Assembly: GCA_033763675.1 (NCBI GenBank) | Contig: JANRJZ010000166.1 | Span: forward strand, 1-60,507 | From: Gemmatimonadota bacterium | Lineage (GTDB): Bacteria > Gemmatimonadota > Gemmatimonadetes > Gemmatimonadales > GWC2-71-9 | Reading direction: 5' to 3' | DNA: 60,507 bases | In this document: positions 37,292-46,187 of the stretch, in pieces | How positions within the stretch are numbered: position 1 is the stretch's first letter | How the letters are laid out: the number at the start of each line of letters is the position of its first letter | The notes under the pieces: generated by a model | What the model was told of the DNA's origin: nothing | What the model saw: only the letters and a program-made list of their open reading frames with translations | Databases searched by the model: none | Program-made: the position numbers and the translations under genes

Positions 37292-38821
37292 GTGATCCCT
37301 CATCCGCCGTTCGCCAGCCAGCTCACGCTCGAGGAGGAACTCGCCCGCTTCGAACGGCTCAAGCCGCGGCTGCGCGAGGTCTGGCGGCTGCTGGCCCACG
37401 ACGAGGACGCCCCCTGCACCACGGTGGTGGTCCCCTCCCTGACCCTGGACCAGCGGGAGCTGGCCCACCTCGAGGGGGCCATCCACTACGAAGAGCGGCT
37501 TCTCTTCATGCTCATCCGGCTCCGCAACCCGCGGTCCCGCGTGGTGTACGTGACCAGCCAGCCGATCCACCCGATGATCCTGGACTACCTGCTCAACCTG
37601 CTCCTCGGGATCCCGGCCAGCCACGCGCGCGCCCGGCTCACGATGCTCTCGGCGTACGACTGCTCCCCGCGTTGCCTCACCGAGAAGATCCTGGAGCGGC
37701 CCCGGCTCATCGAGCGGATCCGGGCCGCCATCCCCGACCCCGCCTGCGCGTATCTCTCGGTGTTCACGGCCACCGCGCTGGAGCGGAAGCTCGCAGTGCT
37801 GCTCGGGATCCCGCTCAACGGCGTGGATCCCGCGCTGGCGCCGCTCGGCAACAAGTCGGGGGGGCGGAAGCTGTTCCGCGATGCCGGGGTCCCCGCGCCG
37901 TACGGCTTCGAGGACCTGGGCAGCGAGCGGGACGTCCTGGACGCCCTCTACCACCTCCGCCGCGCCCGGCCCGGGCTCCGCCACGCGGTCATCAAGCTGA
38001 ACGAGGGGTTTTCCGGGGAAGGGAATGCGCTGCTGCGGTATCCGCTGGCGGAAGACCGGCTCTCTCTGGAGCGAGCCTTCCGCCGGATCCGCTTCGTGGC
38101 GCCCGGGGAGCGACGGGAGCGGTTCTTCGTGAAGCTCTCGGAGATGGGGGGGGTCGTCGAGGAGTTCATCGAGGGCGGGGAGACCCGATCACCCAGTGCC
38201 CAGCTCCGGACCGGCCCCGAGGGCGAGGTGCTCCCGCTCTCCACGCATGACCAGATCCTGGATCCGGAGACGGGGCAGGTCTTTCTGGGCTGCCGCTTCC
38301 CGGCGGCGGATGACTACCGCCTGGCGGTGCAGGAGGCGGGGGCGGCGGTGGGCCGCGCGCTCGCGGCACGGGGGGTCGTGAGTCGCTACGGCGTGGACTT
38401 CATGGCGCGGCGGGAGGCGCCGGGGATGCCGTGGCAGCTCTTCGCGATCGAGATCAACCTGCGGCTCGGCGGGACCACCCATCCGTTCCTGGCGCTGCGC
38501 TTCCTGTGCGGCGGCGGGGTGGAGCCGGAGACTGCCCTCTACCGGTCGGTCAGCGGCCGGCACAAGTACTACCGGGCCACCGACAACCTGCGCTCGCCGC
38601 GCTATCACGGCCTCCTCCCCGAGGACGCGATCGAGCTCATCACCTACAACCAGCTCGGTTTCAGCCACCGGACGGAAACCGGGGTGCTGTTCCACATGAT
38701 CGGGGCGCTGTCGCAGTACGGAAAGGTGGGTCTGACCGCCATCGGAAACAGTCACGCCGAGGCCGATGCGGTGTACCAGCAGGCCATGGAGGTGCTGGAG
38801 GCGGAGACGCGGTACGGGTAG
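37292..38821 (+). CDS. PGM1-related ATP-grasp peptide ligase family protein
   Basis: VVVPSLTLD, HYEERLLF, VYVTSQPI, KLNEGFSGEGNA, SPSAQLR, STHDQIL, FLGCRFPA, EINLRLGGTTHP. Confidence 0.8.
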   Translation: MIPHPPFASQLTLEEELARFERLKPRLREVWRLLAHDEDAPCTTVVVPSLTLDQRELAHLEGAIHYEERLLFMLIRLRNPRSRVVYVTSQPIHPMILDYLLNLLLGIPASHARARLTMLSAYDCSPRCLTEKILERPRLIERIRAAIPDPACAYLSVFTATALERKLAVLLGIPLNGVDPALAPLGNKSGGRKLFRDAGVPAPYGFEDLGSERDVLDALYHLRRARPGLRHAVIKLNEGFSGEGNALLRYPLAEDRLSLERAFRRIRFVAPGERRERFFVKLSEMGGVVEEFIEGGETRSPSAQLRTGPEGEVLPLSTHDQILDPETGQVFLGCRFPAADDYRLAVQEAGAAVGRALAARGVVSRYGVDFMARREAPGMPWQLFAIEINLRLGGTTHPFLALRFLCGGGVEPETALYRSVSGRHKYYRATDNLRSPRYHGLLPEDAIELITYNQLGFSHRTETGVLFHMIGALSQYGKVGLTAIGNSHAEADAVYQQAMEVLEAETRYG

Positions 38822-38938
38822 AGCGATTGGGCGATTGGGCGATTGGGCGATTAGGCGATAGGGCGATTGGGCGATTGGGCGATAGGTTCGTACCGCCCTA
38901 CCGCCCTACCGCCCTACCGCCCTACCGCCCTACCGCCC
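38821..38938. repeat. 8-nt tandem repeats: GGGCGATT x8 then TACCGCCC x6 (imperfect inverted arms)
   Basis: Read directly between convergent genes; the GH57 TAG stop lies in the right arm. Confidence 0.95.
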
Positions 38939-40873
38939 CCCCGGGACCAGCTCCAGCCGCGCCTGGCCCGTCGCGGCGGGCCAGAGGAAGCATGCCGCAC
39001 GGCCCTGCAGGGTCCGTTCCAGCTCCTTCTCCGACTTGGCCACGGTGACGATGCCATAGGTCCAGGCCGCGGCGGAGGGCTCGGCGGTGATCTCCAGGGG
39101 GCCGCCGTAGCTCACCTCCGCGGTGAAGCGCGCCTCGGGCCCGATGGCGGCCGGGTGCCAGCGGTACTCGGCGACGATCCCCCCGCCGCTCCGGAAGTGA
39201 TAACTCTTCTCGAATACCGGCACCCCGGCCTCGACCGCACGGAACCGGGCCACCACGCCCGCCCCCTCCCGTTCCACTTCCATGGCCAGCCGGGCGCGGG
39301 AGACCGACCAGACGGGATCGTAGTCTCCCCGCTCGAACATGGCCTGGTCCAGCAGGGCATCGAGGCCCCGCTCCCGGATCAGGGTGCGGGGCTCCGGGTC
39401 GAGCGGGGGCAATTCGTTCTGGCGCATCTGGGCGTCGAGCTCGTCGATGCGAGGAGCGCCGCCGGCGTCGTGGTGGCTGACCCGCGGCTCCAGCCCGGCC
39501 GGGGGCTCGTGGTAGCCCTCCCGCACCCGGGTGAGGGTATTGGCGTAGTTGATCCCGTGCGCGAACACGGTGTACTCCTCGATGACGCCGCCCCGAGCGG
39601 GACTGAGCAGGGCGGAGAAGGTGGCGTCGTGGATCCACAGCTCCGCCTGGCCATCGCCGTCGAGGTCCCGCAGCTCCCAGGTCAGCCCCTCCCCGGCGCG
39701 GAGCAGCTGCTCGGCCCGGGCCAGCTCCCGCCAGATGGCGTCCCGAAGATGCGGCAGATAGAGTCCGCCGAAGACCCCGTGCCAATAGGCGTCATTGCAC
39801 TGGGCCCGCCCCACGGCGCGGCGGGCCTCGTGCGGGTTGCCCGCCGCGCGGCAGAGGGCGGAGAGGGCCAGCATCTTCTTGTGCATCCGGTTGGCCTCGA
39901 CGTACTTCACCATGAAGTTCCGCCAGTGCGCGCCGCGGACCAGCGCCCCCTCCGGGCCGGCCAGGCGTTCCTCCCCCAGCTCCCGTTCCAGGGCGTGCAG
40001 CCGCCGGGCCGCCGCCGCGGGGAGCGACCAGGACTCCATCTCCCGGTAGGAGGCGGTGGGGAGGTAGGCCAGCCCCGCCGGGGGCACGGCGGCCAGCGCC
40101 TCCGCGCAGGTGGTGAGCAGGACCTCGCCGCCGTCCACCAGCCCCGCCATGGTGCTCAGGAACTGGTCGAGCCACCCGTCCTCATACACCCATTTCCGGG
40201 TCCCCGGCCAGCCGCCGAACTTCTCGCCATCATCCGCCAGCACCGCGAGCGCCTGCCCCCGCGCCGCCAGGCCCCGCAGGTAGGTGGCGGTCTCGGCGGG
40301 GGGGCGGAACGGGATCAGGTAGCGCAGCCGCTCGTCGATCGGGATGAGCGCGAGCTGGCGTCCGTCGTGCTCGGTCATGTACGGCGCGTGGAGGCGGTCC
40401 CGCTCGAATCCGCTCACCAGGAAGTGGCGGTCGTCCACCAGGGCGTAGCGGACGCCCGCGTCCGCCAGGTCGGCCGCGAGGTCCGGTTCCCACACCCGCT
40501 CGGTGAGCCAGAGCCCGGTCGCGTTCACCCCGAACCGGTGGGCGATCGTATCCCGCAGCCAGCCGATCTGCTCCACCCGGTCTTGCCGGGGCAGGGCCGC
40601 GAGCACCGGCTCGTACATCCCGGCGCAGAGCAGCTCCACCTTGCCATCCGCCGCCAGCCGGCCCACGAGGTCGAGGTAGTCCCCTCCCTTCCGCTCCAGC
40701 CACTCGAGCAGTGGCCCGGAGAGGTGCAGCACCACCGGGAGAAAGCCGCGTTCGTCCACCTTCTCGAGGAAGGGGCGGTATACCTCCTCCAGGTGCTGTT
40801 CAAAGACGGAGTCGAAGTTCCCCACCGGCTGATGCAGGTGGACGCCGAAGACGAGCCGGATGCTGTTGGGCAT
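38930..40873 (-). CDS. GH57 alpha-amylase / 4-alpha-glucanotransferase
   Basis: HLHQPVGNF, LWLTERVWEP, DDGEKFGGWP, SYREMESW, QCNDAYWHGVFGGLYLPHLR. Confidence 0.9.
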   Translation of the reverse strand: MPNSIRLVFGVHLHQPVGNFDSVFEQHLEEVYRPFLEKVDERGFLPVVLHLSGPLLEWLERKGGDYLDLVGRLAADGKVELLCAGMYEPVLAALPRQDRVEQIGWLRDTIAHRFGVNATGLWLTERVWEPDLAADLADAGVRYALVDDRHFLVSGFERDRLHAPYMTEHDGRQLALIPIDERLRYLIPFRPPAETATYLRGLAARGQALAVLADDGEKFGGWPGTRKWVYEDGWLDQFLSTMAGLVDGGEVLLTTCAEALAAVPPAGLAYLPTASYREMESWSLPAAAARRLHALERELGEERLAGPEGALVRGAHWRNFMVKYVEANRMHKKMLALSALCRAAGNPHEARRAVGRAQCNDAYWHGVFGGLYLPHLRDAIWRELARAEQLLRAGEGLTWELRDLDGDGQAELWIHDATFSALLSPARGGVIEEYTVFAHGINYANTLTRVREGYHEPPAGLEPRVSHHDAGGAPRIDELDAQMRQNELPPLDPEPRTLIRERGLDALLDQAMFERGDYDPVWSVSRARLAMEVEREGAGVVARFRAVEAGVPVFEKSYHFRSGGGIVAEYRWHPAAIGPEARFTAEVSYGGPLEITAEPSAAAWTYGIVTVAKSEKELERTLQGRAACFLWPAATGQARLELVPGGR

Positions 40874-40990
40874 GGGTGGAAAGGTAGGGGGAGGGGGGGC
40901 ATGGAGGAACGGCCGATTCGGGATAGATTGTCCCCGGTCCGGAACGGGGACCGCCCGTTCCGCCCGAACCCCCGATCCCGTCCTCCCCAC

Positions 40991-41710
40991 ATGCATCACG
41001 AAACGGTCTCCTGGCACAGCCCGCAGCTCGGGCGTGAGATGACCATGCAGGTCATCGGACACGCCGGCGCGCGGGTGCTGGTCTTTCCCACCAGCATGGG
41101 CACCCATTCGGAGTGGCCCGACCGCCGGATGCACCAGGTGCTGGAGGACCACCTCGAGCAGGGCTGGCTCCAGCTGTACTGCCTCGACCAGCCGCACCAC
41201 GAGAACTGGGGCAATGAGGCCTGCTCGCCGGGGCACCGGGCCTGGACCCACGTGCAGTACTGCCGCTACGTGCGGGAGGAGGCGCTGCCCTTCTCCGCCT
41301 GGCGCAATCCCAATCCCTTCGTCATCGCCACCGGCGCCTCCCTCGGCGCCAGCCACGCGGTCACCTTCGGGCTCAAGTACCCCGAATCGGTGCACCGGAT
41401 CCTCGGCATGAGCGGGCTCTACGACATCACCCGGATGACCGGCGGCTACACCGATGGCAACGTGTACCAGGTCAACCCGATGCAGTTCATGCCCAACGAG
41501 CATGACCCCGCGCGGCTCGACGCCTTCCGCCGGCAGGACATCATCCTGGTGATCGGCCGGGACGACCCGATGTACCAGAACAACCACGACTTCTCGGCCA
41601 TCCTGTGGCAGAAGGGGATCGGCAACGCGCTCCGGGTATGGGACGGCTCGGCGCACGACTGGCCCTACTGGGAGCGGATGGCACGGCTGTACCTGCAGGG
41701 GCACGACTAG
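40991..41710 (+). CDS. Esterase family alpha/beta hydrolase
   Basis: WHSPQLGREM, VFPTSMG, GASLG nucleophile, MSGLYD, HDWPYW. Confidence 0.85.
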   Translation: MHHETVSWHSPQLGREMTMQVIGHAGARVLVFPTSMGTHSEWPDRRMHQVLEDHLEQGWLQLYCLDQPHHENWGNEACSPGHRAWTHVQYCRYVREEALPFSAWRNPNPFVIATGASLGASHAVTFGLKYPESVHRILGMSGLYDITRMTGGYTDGNVYQVNPMQFMPNEHDPARLDAFRRQDIILVIGRDDPMYQNNHDFSAILWQKGIGNALRVWDGSAHDWPYWERMARLYLQGHD

Positions 41711-41711
41711 G

Positions 41712-41739
41712 CGGTAGCGACGGTAGCGACGGTATCGTC
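41712..41739 (+). repeat. Third locus of the 9-nt repeat (CGGTAGCGA x ~3)
   Basis: cggtagcga cggtagcga cggtatcgtc, immediately after the esterase TAG. Confidence 0.88.
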
Positions 41740-41780
41740 CGCGCAGGCCAATTCTCACCGATACACGGACCGGATTGCAC

Positions 41781-42713
41781 ATGACGAAACGCGTCGGACT
41801 GATCGTGGGCCGCGAGTGGAGCTTCCCCCCCAAGTTCATCGAGGAGGTGAACCGCCGGGACGCCGGGGTGGTGGCGGAGATGGTCTCCATCGGCGCCGTC
41901 CGGATGGACCAGCCCTGTCCCTGGGACGTGATCGTGGACCGGATCTCCCACGAGGTGCCGTTCTACCGGACCTACCTCAAGCAGTGCGTGCTGGAGGGGG
42001 TGGCAGTGGTCAACAACCCCTTCATGTGGACCGCCGACGACAAGTTCTTCGGCGCGGGCCTGATCACCAAGCTCGGCGTCGCCAGCCCCAGGACCTTCGC
42101 GCTCCCCAACAAGGAGTACGTCAAGGGGATCGTCCACGAGGAGAGCCTCAAGAACCTGCAGCTGATTGACTGGGAGGGGCTGGTCCGGGAGCTCGGGCTC
42201 CCCTGCATCCTCAAGGACGCGCACGGCGGCGGCTGGCGCGACGTCTACGTCTGCCACACCCTCGAGGAACTGCTGCGGAACTACGACCAGTCCGCGCTGC
42301 TCACCATGGTGGCGCAGGAGTTCATCCACTTCCAGCAGTTCGTGCGCTGCATGTGCCTGGGCCAGGAGGAGATCCTGGTCATGCCCTATGACCCCAAGGG
42401 GCGCAAGTACGTCCCGGACGATGATTACCTCGCCCCGGCCCTGCGGGAGCGGGTGATCCGCGACTGCCGGACCATCGTGCGCGCGCTGGGCTACGACATG
42501 AACTCGATCGAATTCGCCATCCGGGATGGCATCCCCTGCGCGATCGACTTCATGAACCCCGCCCCCGACATGGACATCTACTCCCTCACCCCGCGCTACT
42601 TCGAGTGGGTGGTGACCCACATGGCGAACATGGTGATCCGCCTGGCGCAGGGGGGCCGGCGGCAGGTGGACCAGATGGGCTGGGCGGGGCTGTTTGCGCA
42701 GAGCCGGCGCTGA
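41781..42713 (+). CDS. ATP-grasp ligase (RimK/GshB-like fold)
   Basis: DRISHEVPFYR, VNNPFMWTADDKFF, LKDAHGGGWRDV, QEFIHF, EFAIRDG, IDFMNPAPD. Confidence 0.82.
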   Translation: MTKRVGLIVGREWSFPPKFIEEVNRRDAGVVAEMVSIGAVRMDQPCPWDVIVDRISHEVPFYRTYLKQCVLEGVAVVNNPFMWTADDKFFGAGLITKLGVASPRTFALPNKEYVKGIVHEESLKNLQLIDWEGLVRELGLPCILKDAHGGGWRDVYVCHTLEELLRNYDQSALLTMVAQEFIHFQQFVRCMCLGQEEILVMPYDPKGRKYVPDDDYLAPALRERVIRDCRTIVRALGYDMNSIEFAIRDGIPCAIDFMNPAPDMDIYSLTPRYFEWVVTHMANMVIRLAQGGRRQVDQMGWAGLFAQSRR

Positions 42714-44065
42714 TGGACGCGATCGCCCGGTACCACGAGATCCTGGCCGAGCCGGAGGTCGCCGAGGCGAGCCACGCCATGCTGGACGCGGAGCTCCGCC
42801 GCCACAACATGGTTTTCGGCGGGCGGCCGCTCTGCACCGTGCTCCGGCCCCGGTTCCTCTCCGGCGACGGGTACCGGGTCCTTGCCGGCCGGATGCAGGA
42901 CCTGATGCGGGTCTTCGGCCGGGCCCACGCGGCCGCCATGGCCGACCCGGTGCTCCGGGCCCAGTTCCGCCTCGCGGACTGGGAAGAGACGCTGGTGCTC
43001 GCCGACCCGGGGTACCAGAGCGCGAGCCCCCACGGCCGGCTCGACTGCTTCGAGGACCCGGCCACCGGGGGGATCAGCCTCACGGAATACAACGCCGAGA
43101 CCCCGGCGGGCGCCGGGTTCAACGACCTGCTGACCGAGGCCTTCGCGGCCATTCCGGTGATGCGCCGGTTCCGCCGCCAGTGGGACATCCGCCCCTTGCC
43201 GGCCCGGGCCGGGGTGGTGTCGGTGCTGCTCGACGCCTGGCGCGAGTTCTCAGGGCGGTGGGAGCGGCCGCGCATTGCCATCGTGGACTGGGACGATGTC
43301 CCGACGGTGGTGGAATTCGAGATCTTCCGGGCCTGCTTCGAGTCCTACGGCCTGGAGACCGTCATCGTAGACCCCCGGACTATGGAGTATCGCGGCGGCC
43401 GCCTGTACGGCGGGGGTGCGCCGGTGGACCTGATCTACAAGCGGGTGCTGATCAACGAACTGGTGGAGCGCGAGGGAATGGAGCACCCGATCGTCCGGGC
43501 GGTGCGGGATCGCGCCGTCTGCATGGTCAACCCCTTTCGCTGCAAGCTGCTGCACAAGAAGGCCAGCCTCGCCGTGCTCTCCGACGAGCGTAACGCGAAG
43601 CTGTTCAGCGCCCGGGAGCGGCAGGTGATCGCCGACCTGGTCCCCTGGACCCGGCTGGTCGAGGAGCGCCATACCGTGCACCGGGACGAGCGGATTGACC
43701 TCGTCCCCTGGATCGTGGAGCAGCGCGACCGGCTGGTGCTCAAGCCCAACGACGACTACGGCGGCGCCGGCGTCGTGCTGGGCTGGACCGTCTCCGCGGA
43801 AGAATGGCAGGCGGAGGTGCGGAAGGCGCTGGCGGCGCCCAGTATCGTGCAGGAGCGGGTGGTCATCCCGTCGGAGCCGTATCCGACCTGGGCCGACGGC
43901 CGGCTGCACCTGATCGACCGGATGCAGGACACGGCGCCGTTCATGCTGCATGGCGCCGCCATGGACGGCTGCCTCACCCGGCTGTCCACTGCGGCGCTGC
44001 TCAATGTCACGGCCGGCGGCGGCAGCACGGTGCCGGTGTTCGTGGTCGAGCCGCGCTCGGCTTGA
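42713..44065 (+). CDS. Circularly permuted ATP-grasp (type 2) protein
   Basis: TGATG coupling; [58 protein letters not shown]. Confidence 0.8.
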   Translation: MDAIARYHEILAEPEVAEASHAMLDAELRRHNMVFGGRPLCTVLRPRFLSGDGYRVLAGRMQDLMRVFGRAHAAAMADPVLRAQFRLADWEETLVLADPGYQSASPHGRLDCFEDPATGGISLTEYNAETPAGAGFNDLLTEAFAAIPVMRRFRRQWDIRPLPARAGVVSVLLDAWREFSGRWERPRIAIVDWDDVPTVVEFEIFRACFESYGLETVIVDPRTMEYRGGRLYGGGAPVDLIYKRVLINELVEREGMEHPIVRAVRDRAVCMVNPFRCKLLHKKASLAVLSDERNAKLFSARERQVIADLVPWTRLVEERHTVHRDERIDLVPWIVEQRDRLVLKPNDDYGGAGVVLGWTVSAEEWQAEVRKALAAPSIVQERVVIPSEPYPTWADGRLHLIDRMQDTAPFMLHGAAMDGCLTRLSTAALLNVTAGGGSTVPVFVVEPRSA

Positions 44066-44070
44066 CCGCC

Positions 44071-44170
44071 AGGGAAGGGGGAAGAGGGAAGCGGGTGCCG
44101 GCGGTGCTTCCCCCTTCACACTTCCCGCTTCCCGCTTCCCGTTTCCCGTTTCCCGTTTCCCGTTTCCCGG
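44071..44170. repeat. 7-nt tandem repeat (TTCCCGY x7) preceded by a degenerate complementary arm (RGGGAAG x3)
   Basis: ttcccgc x2, ttcccgt x4 and ttcccgg at 44122-44170; agggaag/ggggaag/agggaag at 44071-44091. Confidence 0.9.
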
Positions 44171-44193
44171 TTTTCCCCAGCCCTGAGTCCCCG

Positions 44194-45300
44194 ATGAAAG
44201 CCCCCAGCCTGACCCTCGGCGTCGAGGAAGAGTACCAGATCATCGACCCGAAGACCGGCGAGCTTCGCAGCTATATCACCGAGATCCTCAAGGAGGATTC
44301 GGTGGTCCTGGGCGAGGTGAAACCGGAGCTCCACCAGTCTATGGTCGAAGTGGGGACCCGGGTCTGCCACCACCCCTCCGAGGTGCGCGCCGAGCTGGTC
44401 CGGCTCCGGCGGCTGGTGATGGACCTCGCCGCCAAGCAGGGGCTGCAGGTCATCGCCGCCGGCAGCCACCCGTTCTCCTCGTGGCTGGAGCAGCAGATCA
44501 CCCCGCTCGAGCGCTACATGGGCGTGAAGGAGGACCTGCAGGAGCTGGCCCAGCGGCTGCTCATCTTCGGGACCCACGTGCATATCGGCATCGAGGACCG
44601 GGAGTTCCTGATCGACGCCATGAACGTGTCGCGGTACCTCCTGCCCCACGTGCTCACCCTTTCCACCAGTTCCCCGTTCTGGATGGGCCGGAACACCGGG
44701 CTCAAGAGCTACCGGAGCATCGTGTTCCGCGACTTCCCGCGGACCGGCATCCCCCGCTCGCTGCACAGCTGGTCGGAGTTCGAGGGGCTGGTGAACACGA
44801 TGGTGGGCACCAACTGCATCCCCAACGCCTCCAAGATCTGGTGGGACGTACGGCCCAGCTGGAGCTACCCCACCCTGGAGTTCCGGGTCTGCGACGTCTG
44901 CACCCGGGTGGACGAGGCGGTGTGCATCGCGGCGCTCTTCCAGGCCATCATCGCCAAGCTGTGGAAGCTGCGGCGCGATAACCTTACTTTCCGGGTCTAC
45001 CCCGCGGCGCTCATCGACGAGAACAAGTGGCGGGCGGTGCGCTACGGGCTGGACGGCAAGCTGATCGACTTCGGCAAGAGCCAGGAGCTGCCCGCGCGGG
45101 AGCTGATCCGCGAGATGATCGAGTGGTTCCTCGATGATGTGCTCGACGAACTGGGCACCCGGAAGGAGGTGGAGTACGCCTACCGGATCCTGGCCGAGGG
45201 GACCAGTGCGGACCGCCAGCTGGAAGTGTTCAAGCGGACCGGGGACATGAAGGCGGTGGTGGACCACCTGGTCCGGGAAACGGCCGAGGGGATCGAGTAG
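44194..45300 (+). CDS. ybdK: Carboxylate-amine ligase (YbdK / glutamate-cysteine ligase-2 family)
   Basis: [64 protein letters not shown]. Confidence 0.9.
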   Translation: MKAPSLTLGVEEEYQIIDPKTGELRSYITEILKEDSVVLGEVKPELHQSMVEVGTRVCHHPSEVRAELVRLRRLVMDLAAKQGLQVIAAGSHPFSSWLEQQITPLERYMGVKEDLQELAQRLLIFGTHVHIGIEDREFLIDAMNVSRYLLPHVLTLSTSSPFWMGRNTGLKSYRSIVFRDFPRTGIPRSLHSWSEFEGLVNTMVGTNCIPNASKIWWDVRPSWSYPTLEFRVCDVCTRVDEAVCIAALFQAIIAKLWKLRRDNLTFRVYPAALIDENKWRAVRYGLDGKLIDFGKSQELPARELIREMIEWFLDDVLDELGTRKEVEYAYRILAEGTSADRQLEVFKRTGDMKAVVDHLVRETAEGIE

Positions 45301-45317
45301 GGGAACCGGCAGGCCCG

Positions 45318-45333
45318 TGGCGCGGTTGTTGCC
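45318..45333 (+). promoter_or_regulatory. Putative sigma54 (-24/-12) promoter
   Basis: TGGCGCG-GTTG-TTGC has the spacing of TGGCACG-N4-TTGC. It also sits within an 8-bp inverted repeat (CCCGTGGC/GCCACGGG). Confidence 0.45.
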
Positions 45334-45403
45334 ACGGGTAAATGAAGGAAACTTGCCCGGTTTCTCATGGAAATTCGGCCCCGGACTCGATAGCTACGAG
45401 CAT

Positions 45404-46183
45404 ATGCCAGAACGCCCCAGCCGCCCCGTCATCGGGGTGACGACCCAGACCCTGCATTCCATCGACGGCATCCCCCAGGGGCTGCCGGAATCCTGGGTCA
45501 TGAACCAGCGCTACTTCCTCGCCACCACCATCGTGGGCGGGGTGCCGTGGATGGTGCCCCTCTTCGACGATGACCTCGAGACGCTCTTCGAGATCTACCA
45601 GCGGCTCGACGGCATCCTGATTCCCGGCGGCGTGGACATGGACCCCGCCACCTTCGGGGAGCCCCGGCACCAGAAGCTGGGCGCGGTGGACCCGGCCCGA
45701 GACCGGGTGGAACTGCAGCTCACCCGCTGGGCCATCGAGGACCGGAAGCCGGTCCTGGGCCTGTGCCGCGGCATCCAGGTCATCAACGTGGCGCTGGGCG
45801 GCACGCTGTACCAGGACATCGCCGACCAGGTCCCCGAGGCCATCAAGCACGACTATTTCCCGACCGCCGGCTTCGAGCGGGATCACCTGGCCCACGACGT
45901 CACCGTCGCGGCGGGGACCCGGCTCCACGCCGTGATGGAGCGGCGCTCGTTCCGGGTCAACAGCATGCATCACCAGGCCATCAAGACCCTGGCCCCGTCG
46001 CTGGTGCCCTCGGCCACCTCGCCCGACGGGCTGATCGAGGCGGTGGAGGGCGGGGCGGATCACTTCCTGGTGGGCGTGCAGTGGCACCCGGAGGTCTTCG
46101 AACTCTCCGATCCCCACACCCGTCACCTGTTCCGGGAGTTCATCACCGCCGCGCGGGACTGGCGACGGCTTCGGGCCGGCTGA
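45404..46183 (+). CDS. Gamma-glutamyl-gamma-aminobutyrate hydrolase family (peptidase C26, PuuD-like)
   Basis: PVIGVT, DGILIPGGVD, LGLCRGIQ, NVALGGTLYQD, VNSMHHQA, GVQWHPE. Confidence 0.88.
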   Translation: MPERPSRPVIGVTTQTLHSIDGIPQGLPESWVMNQRYFLATTIVGGVPWMVPLFDDDLETLFEIYQRLDGILIPGGVDMDPATFGEPRHQKLGAVDPARDRVELQLTRWAIEDRKPVLGLCRGIQVINVALGGTLYQDIADQVPEAIKHDYFPTAGFERDHLAHDVTVAAGTRLHAVMERRSFRVNSMHHQAIKTLAPSLVPSATSPDGLIEAVEGGADHFLVGVQWHPEVFELSDPHTRHLFREFITAARDWRRLRAG

Positions 46184-46187
46184 CGCG

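Noticed and set aside
41781-45300. Calling the ligases gshA/gshB or cyanophycin synthetase
   Set aside because: The similarity is at fold level only. There is no Mur-ligase domain for CphA, and the extra CP-ATP-grasp and esterase do not fit canonical glutathione synthesis.
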